A DNA stretch of 58,054 bases from Synechococcales cyanobacterium bin2.concoct.b11b12b14.033 (GTDB lineage Bacteria > Cyanobacteriota > Vampirovibrionia > Caenarcaniphilales > Caenarcanaceae): NCBI GenBank assembly GCA_013298875.1, contig JAAFJH010000002.1, positions 1-58,054 on the forward strand, in the 5' to 3' direction. Every line of letters begins with the position of its first letter. Position 1 is the first letter of the stretch. Under the pieces are notes generated by a model, which saw only the letters and a program-made list of their open reading frames with translations, had not been told where the DNA came from and did no database searches. Shown piece by piece: positions 29,499 to 38,021 of the stretch. The position numbers and the translations under genes were made by a program.

Positions 29499-30614
29499 AT
29501 GAAACAAAACTTATATTTAAGCGGCCCAGATACAGCAATTCCACATAATCAAACTCTTGGGGATTATAAACCTACCAATAGCTGGCGTTCAGCAGTTTTT
29601 CATTTTTGTTTAAAGCATGGAATTCAAGTTATTAATCCACTGACGGAAGTAAAAAGCAAATTAAATACTAATGGAAAATCTTTTTTGGCAGAAGACCGTA
29701 CCCGCAAGGAAGTAGAAAAAGCTTTTAGTTTAATTGACCGCTGTGATTTTGTTTTAACCAGCTTATATTCCCCGGATGAATCAAGTTGGATTCCTTTAGT
29801 TTATGCACACAATAAAGGTAAGCACACTATTGTCTGGACTCCTTTTCCACTTAGCCCGTGGCTGGCTTCTTATTCTAAAGCTTCATTTGAAAGGCTGGAA
29901 TCTGCTTTTGAATATTTAATTAGTAAATCTCAACATGATCAAAAAAGTATTATTGACTGGTCAATTCAATATGAAAATAGCTTAAAAGAAAAATCTGGCA
30001 AATTCCCCATTGAAGGAGAAACAGATTTTCAATATTTTCCGGGTGAACAAAAAAAACATATTTTACTTATGGCTCCCCATGCAACTTCTTATTGGCATTT
30101 GGGTTCTTTAAACGAAGCTGAAAATTATACTGGGGCTTTGACCGCCGCAACTAGTCGTTTGGTTGATTGCCAAGCTATTATTAGCTCTTATTGTAATGCC
30201 GAAGATTCTTTATATACTCTAAATAATTTATCTTCTTTTAAAGCCAGTACTAGTCCGTTAATTGCTTTTAGCCAGAAAATGGTTGAATTGAATAAAGTAA
30301 AATTGATTATAGTTGTACGCAGTAAACCTTGGTCAGAAAGCCGCAACTTAACCGTAAATATAAATAGTTTGAATAGTGATCACGCCTCCATAAATCAATT
30401 CAAACAAATATTAGAGCATAAAACTTCAATTCGCCAAATAGAAAGCTGTTTTAAATTTATGGATGAGGAATCGGCTCTTGCTAAATTAGAAAAATTCTTT
30501 GGAATACCAATTGTTGAAATCAATATTCACAAGTCTTTTTTAATTCCTGAAATGCAAAGAGCCAATTATAATAATTTAATTTCTGCTTTGGAAGAGATTA
30601 TGGACGAATTATAA
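29499..30614 (+). CDS. Two-domain hypothetical protein (N-terminal nucleoside 2-deoxyribosyltransferase-like Rossmannoid, tentative)
   Basis: 371 aa. The N-terminus runs NLYLSGPD...W........GIQVINP...LIDRCDFVLTSL...DESSWIPLVYAHNKGKHTIVW. This follows the layout of NDT-like/DUF4406-type proteins (Y-L-[AS]-G-P start, late CD-x-V and G-K-x-[IV] segments). I do not see the usual catalytic Glu context. The C-terminal half (HILLMAPHATSYWH...ENYTGALTAATSRL) is unassigned. Confidence 0.6.
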   Translation: MKQNLYLSGPDTAIPHNQTLGDYKPTNSWRSAVFHFCLKHGIQVINPLTEVKSKLNTNGKSFLAEDRTRKEVEKAFSLIDRCDFVLTSLYSPDESSWIPLVYAHNKGKHTIVWTPFPLSPWLASYSKASFERLESAFEYLISKSQHDQKSIIDWSIQYENSLKEKSGKFPIEGETDFQYFPGEQKKHILLMAPHATSYWHLGSLNEAENYTGALTAATSRLVDCQAIISSYCNAEDSLYTLNNLSSFKASTSPLIAFSQKMVELNKVKLIIVVRSKPWSESRNLTVNINSLNSDHASINQFKQILEHKTSIRQIESCFKFMDEESALAKLEKFFGIPIVEINIHKSFLIPEMQRANYNNLISALEEIMDEL

Positions 30615-30623
30615 AAACTATTT

Positions 30624-30923
30624 TTAATAGTAATAGTTAGAATAAGCATAATTATTTCTTTGATATTGCGGACAGTAATAACTCTCTCTATAATGTCTTG
30701 GGGCAGGTCTTCTGTATCTGTCTACTGGCGGACGATAATAATTATTATTTCGACGAATTTGATAAGTATTATATCCAGCTAATGCCAAAGCACTTCCTCC
30801 CAGAGCGACTCCTGTTATAGCAAGCCCCCGACCACCATGAGCCTGTGCTGATTGTATATTAAAAAAACAAGCACTAAATAAGCAGGCCATTAAAATGCTT
30901 AAATTTACAAATTTATTTTTCAT
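30624..30923 (-). CDS. Small secreted/membrane protein: glycine-zipper segment plus Tyr/Arg/Asn-rich tail
   Basis: 99 aa with a signal peptide ending AQA, a glycine zipper GLAITGVALGGSALALAG, and the tail YQIRRNNNYYRPPVDRYRRPAPRHYRESYYCPQYQRNNYAYSNYYY. Confidence 0.55.
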   Translation of the reverse strand: MKNKFVNLSILMACLFSACFFNIQSAQAHGGRGLAITGVALGGSALALAGYNTYQIRRNNNYYRPPVDRYRRPAPRHYRESYYCPQYQRNNYAYSNYYY

Positions 30924-30970
30924 TTTTATTATCCTTAAAAGCGGCTTAACCGTAATGCAAGAAAACTAAA

Positions 30971-31261
30971 TCAATAATGTTCTCTGATTTTTACTCTATA
31001 TCGACTATCTTCGGGATAATTATCTTTGGAGCGACCAGATGTCCCATTAGTTGGCTCATATATGATTTGAGGATAATTGGGATTGGTATTTACGTGCGTG
31101 CCTGCGGGTGGATAATTTGATGGATAACGATTAGAATATTGACCATTATTAAGAGGTACTGATGGATAATTAGATGGGTATCCATAGTAATCAGCTTTGG
31201 CCGAAGCAATACTAACCACACTGAAGACAATATAAAATAATAGTAATATTATCTTTTTCAT
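30971..31261 (-). CDS. Small secreted protein with repeated N-Y-P motifs
   Basis: 96 aa with a signal peptide (LLLFYIVFSVVSIASAKA). The mature region holds GYPSNYPS, RYPSNYPP, NPNYPQ and DNYPE repeats. Confidence 0.55.
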   Translation of the reverse strand: MKKIILLLFYIVFSVVSIASAKADYYGYPSNYPSVPLNNGQYSNRYPSNYPPAGTHVNTNPNYPQIIYEPTNGTSGRSKDNYPEDSRYRVKIREHY

Positions 31262-31478
31262 AGTTTTAGTATTTTATTATTAAATAAGTAAGAAAAAACA
31301 TTTATTTTTAAAAGCAGATTCCAACTTGATTTAGTTTTCATTCATTCAGAATTTATCTGAACACTATAAGGATATAATTATTAATTAATTAAATCATTCG
31401 TCAAAAGCTCCTCTTCTTACACTTATCTTTATTTAATGCTAAGTATTAAGCCCTTTGACTAAAATTATAATTTTTTTC

Positions 31479-32141
31479 TTAATGAAGCCAGCCATTTAAA
31501 GTAAAACGTGAATTCATAAACTCCTGAGATGGGCAATTTATTTTAAGCACTTCATGCCAATATTTGCTTTCAAAGAAAATAACTCGATTGCGCAAAGGTT
31601 CAATATAAACTCCCTCATTGGCTCTTTCTAAGGGGCTGCAATCTTTTGCATAATGATTCCACAAAAATAATTCGCCTCCCTCAAAAGACTTGGGTTCTTG
31701 GTAAAAATAATAAACAAATGTTAAATTTCTTAAGCTTACTCTGGTGCCAGTATTAGCAGCATAATCAGTGTGAGCTGTATAAAAGTGTCCATCATTATGA
31801 GCAGTTAATTGGCATTCATAACCTTTATTCCAATCCATTTCATAATTAAATCTTTGCTTCACAGGTTCAGCGTATTTTAATAATTGCAATCTAAAAAAGC
31901 TATAAATTGGCTCAAAATCAAATAAAACTAAGGAATCTCTTTTTTGTTTATCCAAAGAACGTGAATTATCATCTCCCGTTTCAGTAGTCAAAAATCTGGA
32001 TTGCCATTTTTCAACTAAATATAAAATTGAATTAACTTCATGCTCCGCCAAAACATTGTCAAAAATTAAAGGATTCGCTTCAATAATAATTTGATTATCA
32101 TTCTGATTAAGGATTGTTGATTCTTGCTCTGTTAATGACAT
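31479..32141 (-). CDS. 2OG-Fe(II) oxygenase (prolyl-4-hydroxylase-like superfamily)
   Basis: 220 aa with YTAHTDY (HxD), GGELFLW, VIFFESKYWHEV (distal His) and SRFTLNGWL (2OG-binding Arg context). Confidence 0.75.
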   Translation of the reverse strand: MSLTEQESTILNQNDNQIIIEANPLIFDNVLAEHEVNSILYLVEKWQSRFLTTETGDDNSRSLDKQKRDSLVLFDFEPIYSFFRLQLLKYAEPVKQRFNYEMDWNKGYECQLTAHNDGHFYTAHTDYAANTGTRVSLRNLTFVYYFYQEPKSFEGGELFLWNHYAKDCSPLERANEGVYIEPLRNRVIFFESKYWHEVLKINCPSQEFMNSRFTLNGWLH

Positions 32142-32429
32142 TACTAAAAAACTTGGAAACTGTATTTTTAAAAGATATACCTAAAAAATAAAATCCGAAA
32201 AAGCTTTTATAGGGAATTCCAGCAATTTACATAATAAAAAGTTGAAAAACTAGGTGAAATCCCTAGACCAAAAATGTATTGATTTAATACTCAACTCTAT
32301 TAATTTAAAGCAAGGTCGACGGGAAAAAACAGACAAAGTGCTTCATAAAACAATTTTAAAAAGTCATGATAATTTTTGTTTTTAATTTAAATTCTTACTG
32401 ACCTCACCTCCAAGTCTCTTTGAACTTAT

Positions 32430-33260
32430 TTACTCAAATTCACCAAACTTATTCAAAATTCTTTCGGCAATTTCAATATCACTTTGCTCATCAATTCCTG
32501 ACATTCCTTCCCGGTTTTTATAATCTACCAAAGTCATTTTAATTTTTATACCAGCTTGTAATATTGACAATTGTTCTAGTCCTTCTAAGTCTTCATATTT
32601 GCTTTTTGACAGTTTTGATATTGTATTTAAAGCTTCATGGCTATAACCGTATAAACCAATATGTCGTAAAACTGGCGATAAATCACTTTCGGTTTTTAAT
32701 TTATTTTCATTTCTGATGGCTGGCAAAATCTGTTTTGAAAACCAAATAGCTTCATTATTATTATTTAAAACCACTGTTGTACCCGAAAATGGCGTTTTTT
32801 GCTTCACTTTCCTCAATTCATCAAGCTCTGTCCAGGTTAAATTAACATACGGGCTTATTACTTCAATTTGCGGGTTTTTATAAAATTTATCAATCATTTG
32901 TTCCAGAAACCAAGGTGGGCAGAGCGGATTATCTCCTTGCAAATTAATAATAAAATCTGGCTTAATTTCTAATTGGTTAATAATTTCTACCGTTCTTTTT
33001 GTCCCGGAGCTGCAATCAACTGAAGTCATTGAACAATTTATATTATTTTTTGCACAAAAGTTGCTAATTTTTTCATCGTCTGTCGCTACTAAAGCCTGAA
33101 TAGTAAAACCTTTATATTTTTGAATGACCAATAATGCAATTTCCCAAACTCGCTTAAGCATTTCTTTGCCGGCAATTTTGATTAATGGTTTACCAGGCAA
33201 TCTTTTTGAACCATAGCGAGCTGGAATAACAATTAAAATATTTTTATCTGAGCAAAGCAT
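32430..33260 (-). CDS. kdsB: 3-deoxy-manno-octulosonate cytidylyltransferase (CMP-Kdo synthetase)
   Basis: 276 aa with VIPARYGSKRLPGKPL, VATDD, SGTKR and NLQGDNP. Confidence 0.85.
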   Translation of the reverse strand: MLCSDKNILIVIPARYGSKRLPGKPLIKIAGKEMLKRVWEIALLVIQKYKGFTIQALVATDDEKISNFCAKNNINCSMTSVDCSSGTKRTVEIINQLEIKPDFIINLQGDNPLCPPWFLEQMIDKFYKNPQIEVISPYVNLTWTELDELRKVKQKTPFSGTTVVLNNNNEAIWFSKQILPAIRNENKLKTESDLSPVLRHIGLYGYSHEALNTISKLSKSKYEDLEGLEQLSILQAGIKIKMTLVDYKNREGMSGIDEQSDIEIAERILNKFGEFE

Positions 33261-33266
33261 TGAAAA

Positions 33267-34085
33267 TTATTTCATGGCCGCTAAAACGTGAAAACCGGCA
33301 TCTACGTGTATAACTTCTCCGGTAATTCCCCGAGACAAATCAGAAACCAAAAATAAAGCTGTGTCCCCAACTTCTTCAGTTTCAGTATTTTTGCGTAAAG
33401 GAGAAATCTCAGCAATTTCATTAATCATGCTTTGTATGCCAGAAATTGCACTTGAAGCTAAAGTTTTAATTGGGCCAGCTGAAATGGCATTCACTCTAAT
33501 TTTATCGGGACCTAAATCATTAGCTAAATATTTAACTGAGCATTCTAGGGCAGCTTTAGCGACGCCCATAACATTATAGTTTTTAACAACTCTTTCGCCA
33601 CCCAAATAAGTAAGGGTTACAATACTTCCGCCACCATTAGCTTTTAATAAAGGCTCAGCTTGTTTAGCCACGGCCGCTAATGAAAAAGCACTAATATCTT
33701 GAGCTAATAAATATCCCTCTCTGGAAGTGTCTATATAACGACCTTCGAGTTCTTCTTTTTTTGCAAATGCAATACTATGAATGACAAAGTCAATTTTTCC
33801 GTCAAATAATTCAGCAATTTCTTTAAAAGACTTTTCTAGAAGAGCTTCATCTGTTACATCGCATTCAAGCGTTTTAATGCCACCTAGCTCTTCGGCTAGT
33901 TTTTCAACTCTATCTTTGACGCGATCTTGGTAAGTAAATAAAAGCTCAGCTCCTGCTTCATGTAATGAATTAGCAATTCCCCAAGCAATACTCCATTTAT
34001 TGGCAATACCTAAAATTATGCCTTTTTTACCGGCCAAAATACCCTTACGATTAACTTTTACAATTTCTTCTGTTTGCATATTCAC
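33267..34085 (-). CDS. fabI: Enoyl-[acyl-carrier-protein] reductase (NADH), FabI
   Basis: 272 aa with GIANKWSIAWGIA, HSIAFA, YNVMGVAKAALE (Y-x6-K) and RVNAISAGPIKTLA. Confidence 0.93.
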   Translation of the reverse strand: MNMQTEEIVKVNRKGILAGKKGIILGIANKWSIAWGIANSLHEAGAELLFTYQDRVKDRVEKLAEELGGIKTLECDVTDEALLEKSFKEIAELFDGKIDFVIHSIAFAKKEELEGRYIDTSREGYLLAQDISAFSLAAVAKQAEPLLKANGGGSIVTLTYLGGERVVKNYNVMGVAKAALECSVKYLANDLGPDKIRVNAISAGPIKTLASSAISGIQSMINEIAEISPLRKNTETEEVGDTALFLVSDLSRGITGEVIHVDAGFHVLAAMK

Positions 34086-34341
34086 AAATCAACCTCTTTC
34101 CAGCCAAGTTATAAGACCAAATAATAAAGCTTTTTATTCAAAAATTGTCATTATTTATCATTTTAAAAATACATTAAATTATTAAATATATTAATTTTTT
34201 GATTTGAATCAAAGTTTATGGTTTATAATTTGGCAATTAATTAATACGTCAAGCCTAACTCAGACAAAACTTAATTAATCTAAAGATACATTATTTGATA
34301 TTTTTAGGCTAAAATTTTACTAATTTATATAATCTATTAAA

Positions 34342-35775
34342 ATGGAGAGATACGTGCAACTAATCCCACCAAATGAAGAAAGACAAGACGTTGCAAAAAT
34401 TAAGGTTTTTGGTGTTGGTGGCGGTGGCTCAAATGCCGTCGACAGAATGGTTGCTGCCGATCTACCCGTTGAGTTCTGGATTGCCAATACTGATAAACAA
34501 GCCGTCAATCGCTCTAATGCACCCAACCGAATTCAATTAGGTCATAAGTTAACACGCGGTCTTGGAGCAGGTGGAAACCCAAATGTCGGGCAAAAAGCCG
34601 CGGAAGAAAGCCGTGACGAAATAGCGATGGCTATGTCAGGTGCAGATATGGTTTTTATAACCGCTGGTATGGGTGGTGGTACGGGTACAGGAGCTGCTCC
34701 AATTGTAGCTGAAGTAGCTAGAGAATTAGGAACTTTAACGGTGGGAGTTGTAACTCGGCCATTCAGTTTTGAAGGTAAAAAGCGCCAGCAGCAAGCTGAG
34801 CAAGGTATTGAATTACTTCGAGAAAAAGTCGATGCTTTAATTATTGTACCAAATGATAGGTTATTACAAATAATTAATAAAAATACTTCGATGAATGAAG
34901 CTTTTCGAATTGCTGACGGAGTCCTTTTGGATGGTGTGCAAGGTATTTCAGATATTATTACTATACCTGGTTTAATAAATGTCGATTTTGCCGATGTTAG
35001 GTCTATTATGTCGGTGGCGGGTTCAGCTTTAATGGGTGTTGGTTATGCTAGTGGGGAAGGCCGAGCAATTGAAGCTGCAACTAAAGCTATTAGCAGTCCT
35101 TTACTGGAATCACCAATTCAAGGTGCTAAAGGTGTAATATTTAATGTAACAGGTGGCCCCGACCTTACTTTGCATGAAGTTAATGAAGCCGCTGATGTTA
35201 TTTATAAAGCTTTGCACAATGAAGAAGCAAATATAATTATCGGGGCTGTTATTGATGAATCCTTGGAAAATCAATTAAAAATCACCATTATTGCTACCGG
35301 TTTTGAGCAACCATCTTCTTTGGGTTTCCCTTCTTATCAAACAAAAAACACTCATACTGCCTCTCAATTTAATATAAATAAAACTTATAATTTTGCTTCT
35401 AGCTCTTCTCCAAGTAATAGTTCGGGGCGTTCAAATTTAAATACTCCCGCTTATTCTAATTCAACTTCTCACTCATCTACTAGCAATTTGTGGGCAAATT
35501 CACCTCTGAATCATAATAATAATGCTAATTCGACAAGTTCCAATTCTACGAATTCCACATCTTCTTTTGCACCAATTAATTTAGCTCATAATAATTCAAA
35601 TACTCCAATTAGCCCGTCGCCTACACCGCTTCACCAGCTTAATAATTCTTCTAATTCAACTAGTGAGAATAAACATGCTAATCCGCATTCTAATAATTCA
35701 AGTCGCACAATAGATATTCCGGATTTTTTAACTGCTAGCAGCAATAAAAGAGAGTCAAATAAGCCGCAAAATTAA
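34342..35775 (+). CDS. ftsZ: Cell division GTPase FtsZ with long Ser/Asn-rich linker
   Basis: 477 aa with [20 protein letters not shown] (tubulin signature) and NVDFADV. After the core comes a linker of about 130 aa rich in S/N/T, then the conserved C-terminal peptide IDIPDFL (35710..35730). Confidence 0.97.
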   Translation: MERYVQLIPPNEERQDVAKIKVFGVGGGGSNAVDRMVAADLPVEFWIANTDKQAVNRSNAPNRIQLGHKLTRGLGAGGNPNVGQKAAEESRDEIAMAMSGADMVFITAGMGGGTGTGAAPIVAEVARELGTLTVGVVTRPFSFEGKKRQQQAEQGIELLREKVDALIIVPNDRLLQIINKNTSMNEAFRIADGVLLDGVQGISDIITIPGLINVDFADVRSIMSVAGSALMGVGYASGEGRAIEAATKAISSPLLESPIQGAKGVIFNVTGGPDLTLHEVNEAADVIYKALHNEEANIIIGAVIDESLENQLKITIIATGFEQPSSLGFPSYQTKNTHTASQFNINKTYNFASSSSPSNSSGRSNLNTPAYSNSTSHSSTSNLWANSPLNHNNNANSTSSNSTNSTSSFAPINLAHNNSNTPISPSPTPLHQLNNSSNSTSENKHANPHSNNSSRTIDIPDFLTASSNKRESNKPQN

Positions 35776-36720
35776 AATCGGGCAAAGAGATTTAATAATT
35801 AATTCCAACCCTAAACAAGTAATTAAAATAAATTTATTTTCAAAATTAATTTCTCGGAGCCTTTTGTAAATTAATAATTGAGTTAAAGGCAAGCTAATAC
35901 AAAAAAGACTAGTTAATACTAATAAATTGAGGCTTGAACTATTAATATTTGGTGCAAAGTTAGCAATTACTTTAACAATAAGTTCACCCATGGGCAATAA
36001 AGCTGCTAGTAAAACTGCATTAATAGTATTTAATAATAAATATTGTTTAAATAATTCTAATTTTGGTAGGCCAAGCACTTTTTTGTATTTACTAAACAAA
36101 ACAAATTGAAAAATACCTGAAAAGAAAGTCGCCAACAAAGCAGTAAATACGGGCAAAAGAAAAAGAGGATTTTTAACAGTATTAAATAATTGTTCGGCGG
36201 AATCAGCTAAAGCGGTAAACCAAATTGATAAATTCCAATAAGTGGCGGTGAATAAGATTACGGAAAACAAAGCAAAGAAAATAAAATTCCACTTAAAAGG
36301 TATTTCCAATTCGCACTCAGCACACCTTAAGTAGGGCGGTACAATAAACCAAGTATATCGATGCCAAGCAATTATGCGATAACCAAAATGATTAAGAGGT
36401 TTTAAGAAAGGTATATTCAACCAAGCTTGCAAAGCCGGCCATAATTTTACTAATTCGAGTGTTTTACTAATAGCGGTGATGCCACCCAGAAAAGTCTTTT
36501 CTTTTTCATTAACTAAAATAATTTCGGCTTTGCAGCGTTTTAACTGTTCTGGTGGATAAGCCTGATCGAATTCAGCCGCTTGAAAAGGTTTTAATTCTAG
36601 GCTATCGCCTTTGCGGGATTCTAAAAAGTTTTTAATAAAATAACGACAAATTGTACATTGGCCATCATAGAGCAAAGTATATTTATTATTTTTTTCATCC
36701 ATAAAAGCTTTATTACCCAT
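35755..36720 (-). CDS. DCC-family (DUF393) thiol-disulfide oxidoreductase fused to a polytopic membrane domain
   Basis: 321 aa with [13 protein letters not shown] (CxxC of the DCC family) in the N-terminal ~120 aa, then about 5 hydrophobic helices. Its 3' end overlaps the ftsZ 3' end by 21 nt (convergent). Confidence 0.65.
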   Translation of the reverse strand: MGNKAFMDEKNNKYTLLYDGQCTICRYFIKNFLESRKGDSLELKPFQAAEFDQAYPPEQLKRCKAEIILVNEKEKTFLGGITAISKTLELVKLWPALQAWLNIPFLKPLNHFGYRIIAWHRYTWFIVPPYLRCAECELEIPFKWNFIFFALFSVILFTATYWNLSIWFTALADSAEQLFNTVKNPLFLLPVFTALLATFFSGIFQFVLFSKYKKVLGLPKLELFKQYLLLNTINAVLLAALLPMGELIVKVIANFAPNINSSSLNLLVLTSLFCISLPLTQLLIYKRLREINFENKFILITCLGLELIIKSLCPILILRLI

Positions 36721-37009
36721 TTTTACTAGTTTTATTTATAGCTGATTTTAGAAAAAATATTATTGATAAATTAATTTAAGTTGTTATAATTTATAATTGC
36801 TGAGGTATTTTTGCATATAAATTCTGCGGAATAATGCTTATATCTCAGCTTAGCAATTTATAAAAGCATTATGGCTTTCCGCTTAAAGTATGAAGAAAGT
36901 ATATATATTTTTTCATTATTAATTTCAACATTAATTTCAACTAATTCGGCTTTGGCCAAAACAGAAATTTAGGAATATTTTATTTACTAGGCCTTAAATT
37001 TCAAACAAC

Positions 37010-37906
37010 ATGAAACTTTATTATTTAGGACCAGCGGGTTCATTTTCTCATATTGTTGCTAATTATATTTTAAACGAACTTGACGACATTAATTACTCTC
37101 TGGAAGGCGTTAAAACCATTTCAAATTTATTTAAGCATAATTTTAATAATTCGCACGATTTGGCTTTAATTCCAATTGAAAACTCGCTGGGAGGAAGCGT
37201 TGGAGAATCATTGGATAAATTATTAATTAGCCCCGCCCCAATTGAAGTGAAATTAGAATGGGTTTGTTTAATTGAACATTATTTAATTGGCTTGGGAAAT
37301 TTAGCTGACGTGCAAAAAATCAGAGGGCATTATCAGGCTTTTGCTCAGTGCGAAGAATTTATAAATAATAATTTTGGAAATTCGGAATTAATAAAAGAAG
37401 AAATGAGCAGTAATTCCGCAGCTGTTAAAAGTTTATTAGAAGACAAATCAAAAAATATTGCCGCAATCGGAGCTAAGGAAGCCGCAGAATTGTATCAGAT
37501 TCCTATTATTCAAAATAAAATTCATGATTCTTCGGCTAATCAAACTCGTTTTTGGTTAATTGGGGCATCCGAAAATCAAATTAAAACAAAATTACCAAAT
37601 TATAATTATTTAAATTCACTTATTTTCCGGATTCCGCAAGATGAGCCAGGTAGTTTAATAAAAATTTTAAATTGTTTAGCCAAAAGAAAAATTAATTTAT
37701 GTAAAATTGAGTCTAGGCCAACTAAAGGCAGATTATGTGAATATAATTTTTTAATTGATTTTGTCTCACCCGAAAATTGGCAAAATATTCAAGAGTTAAT
37801 TTTAGAAGAAATAAAGTCTCATTGCTCTTATATTCGTTTTTTAGGTAATTATCCAGTCTGGCCAGCAGCAGATTTACGATTTAGTACAAATCAAAAAAGC
37901 TCCTGA
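37010..37906 (+). CDS. pheA: Prephenate dehydratase
   Basis: 298 aa with YLGPAGSFSH, TRFWLIG, and an ACT domain with IESRPTKGRLCEYNFLIDF. Confidence 0.9.
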   Translation: MKLYYLGPAGSFSHIVANYILNELDDINYSLEGVKTISNLFKHNFNNSHDLALIPIENSLGGSVGESLDKLLISPAPIEVKLEWVCLIEHYLIGLGNLADVQKIRGHYQAFAQCEEFINNNFGNSELIKEEMSSNSAAVKSLLEDKSKNIAAIGAKEAAELYQIPIIQNKIHDSSANQTRFWLIGASENQIKTKLPNYNYLNSLIFRIPQDEPGSLIKILNCLAKRKINLCKIESRPTKGRLCEYNFLIDFVSPENWQNIQELILEEIKSHCSYIRFLGNYPVWPAADLRFSTNQKSS

Positions 37907-38021
37907 AAATTTATTTGACTAGCAAGAATCAAAAAAGCTAATATATAAATATAAAATAATATTTTTTGATAATACAACTCTTTTAATAGTTTCCTTTTAA
38001 TAATCTTTTTAATACAAACTT

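Noticed and set aside
34199-34214. Palindrome TTTGATT-TG-AATCAAA in the fabI-ftsZ divergent region as an operator
   Set aside because: A 7-bp AT-rich inverted repeat is expected by chance in DNA this AT-rich. There is no second copy or associated regulator gene in the window. I note it only as a possibility.
36871-36972. 33-codon ORF upstream of pheA as a possible Phe-rich attenuation leader peptide
   Set aside because: The peptide (MAFRLKYEESIYIFSLLISTLISTNSALAKTEI) has only two Phe and no Phe run. I could not read an alternative terminator/antiterminator pair downstream. The tandem ATTAATTTCAAC x2 is only a 2-copy repeat.
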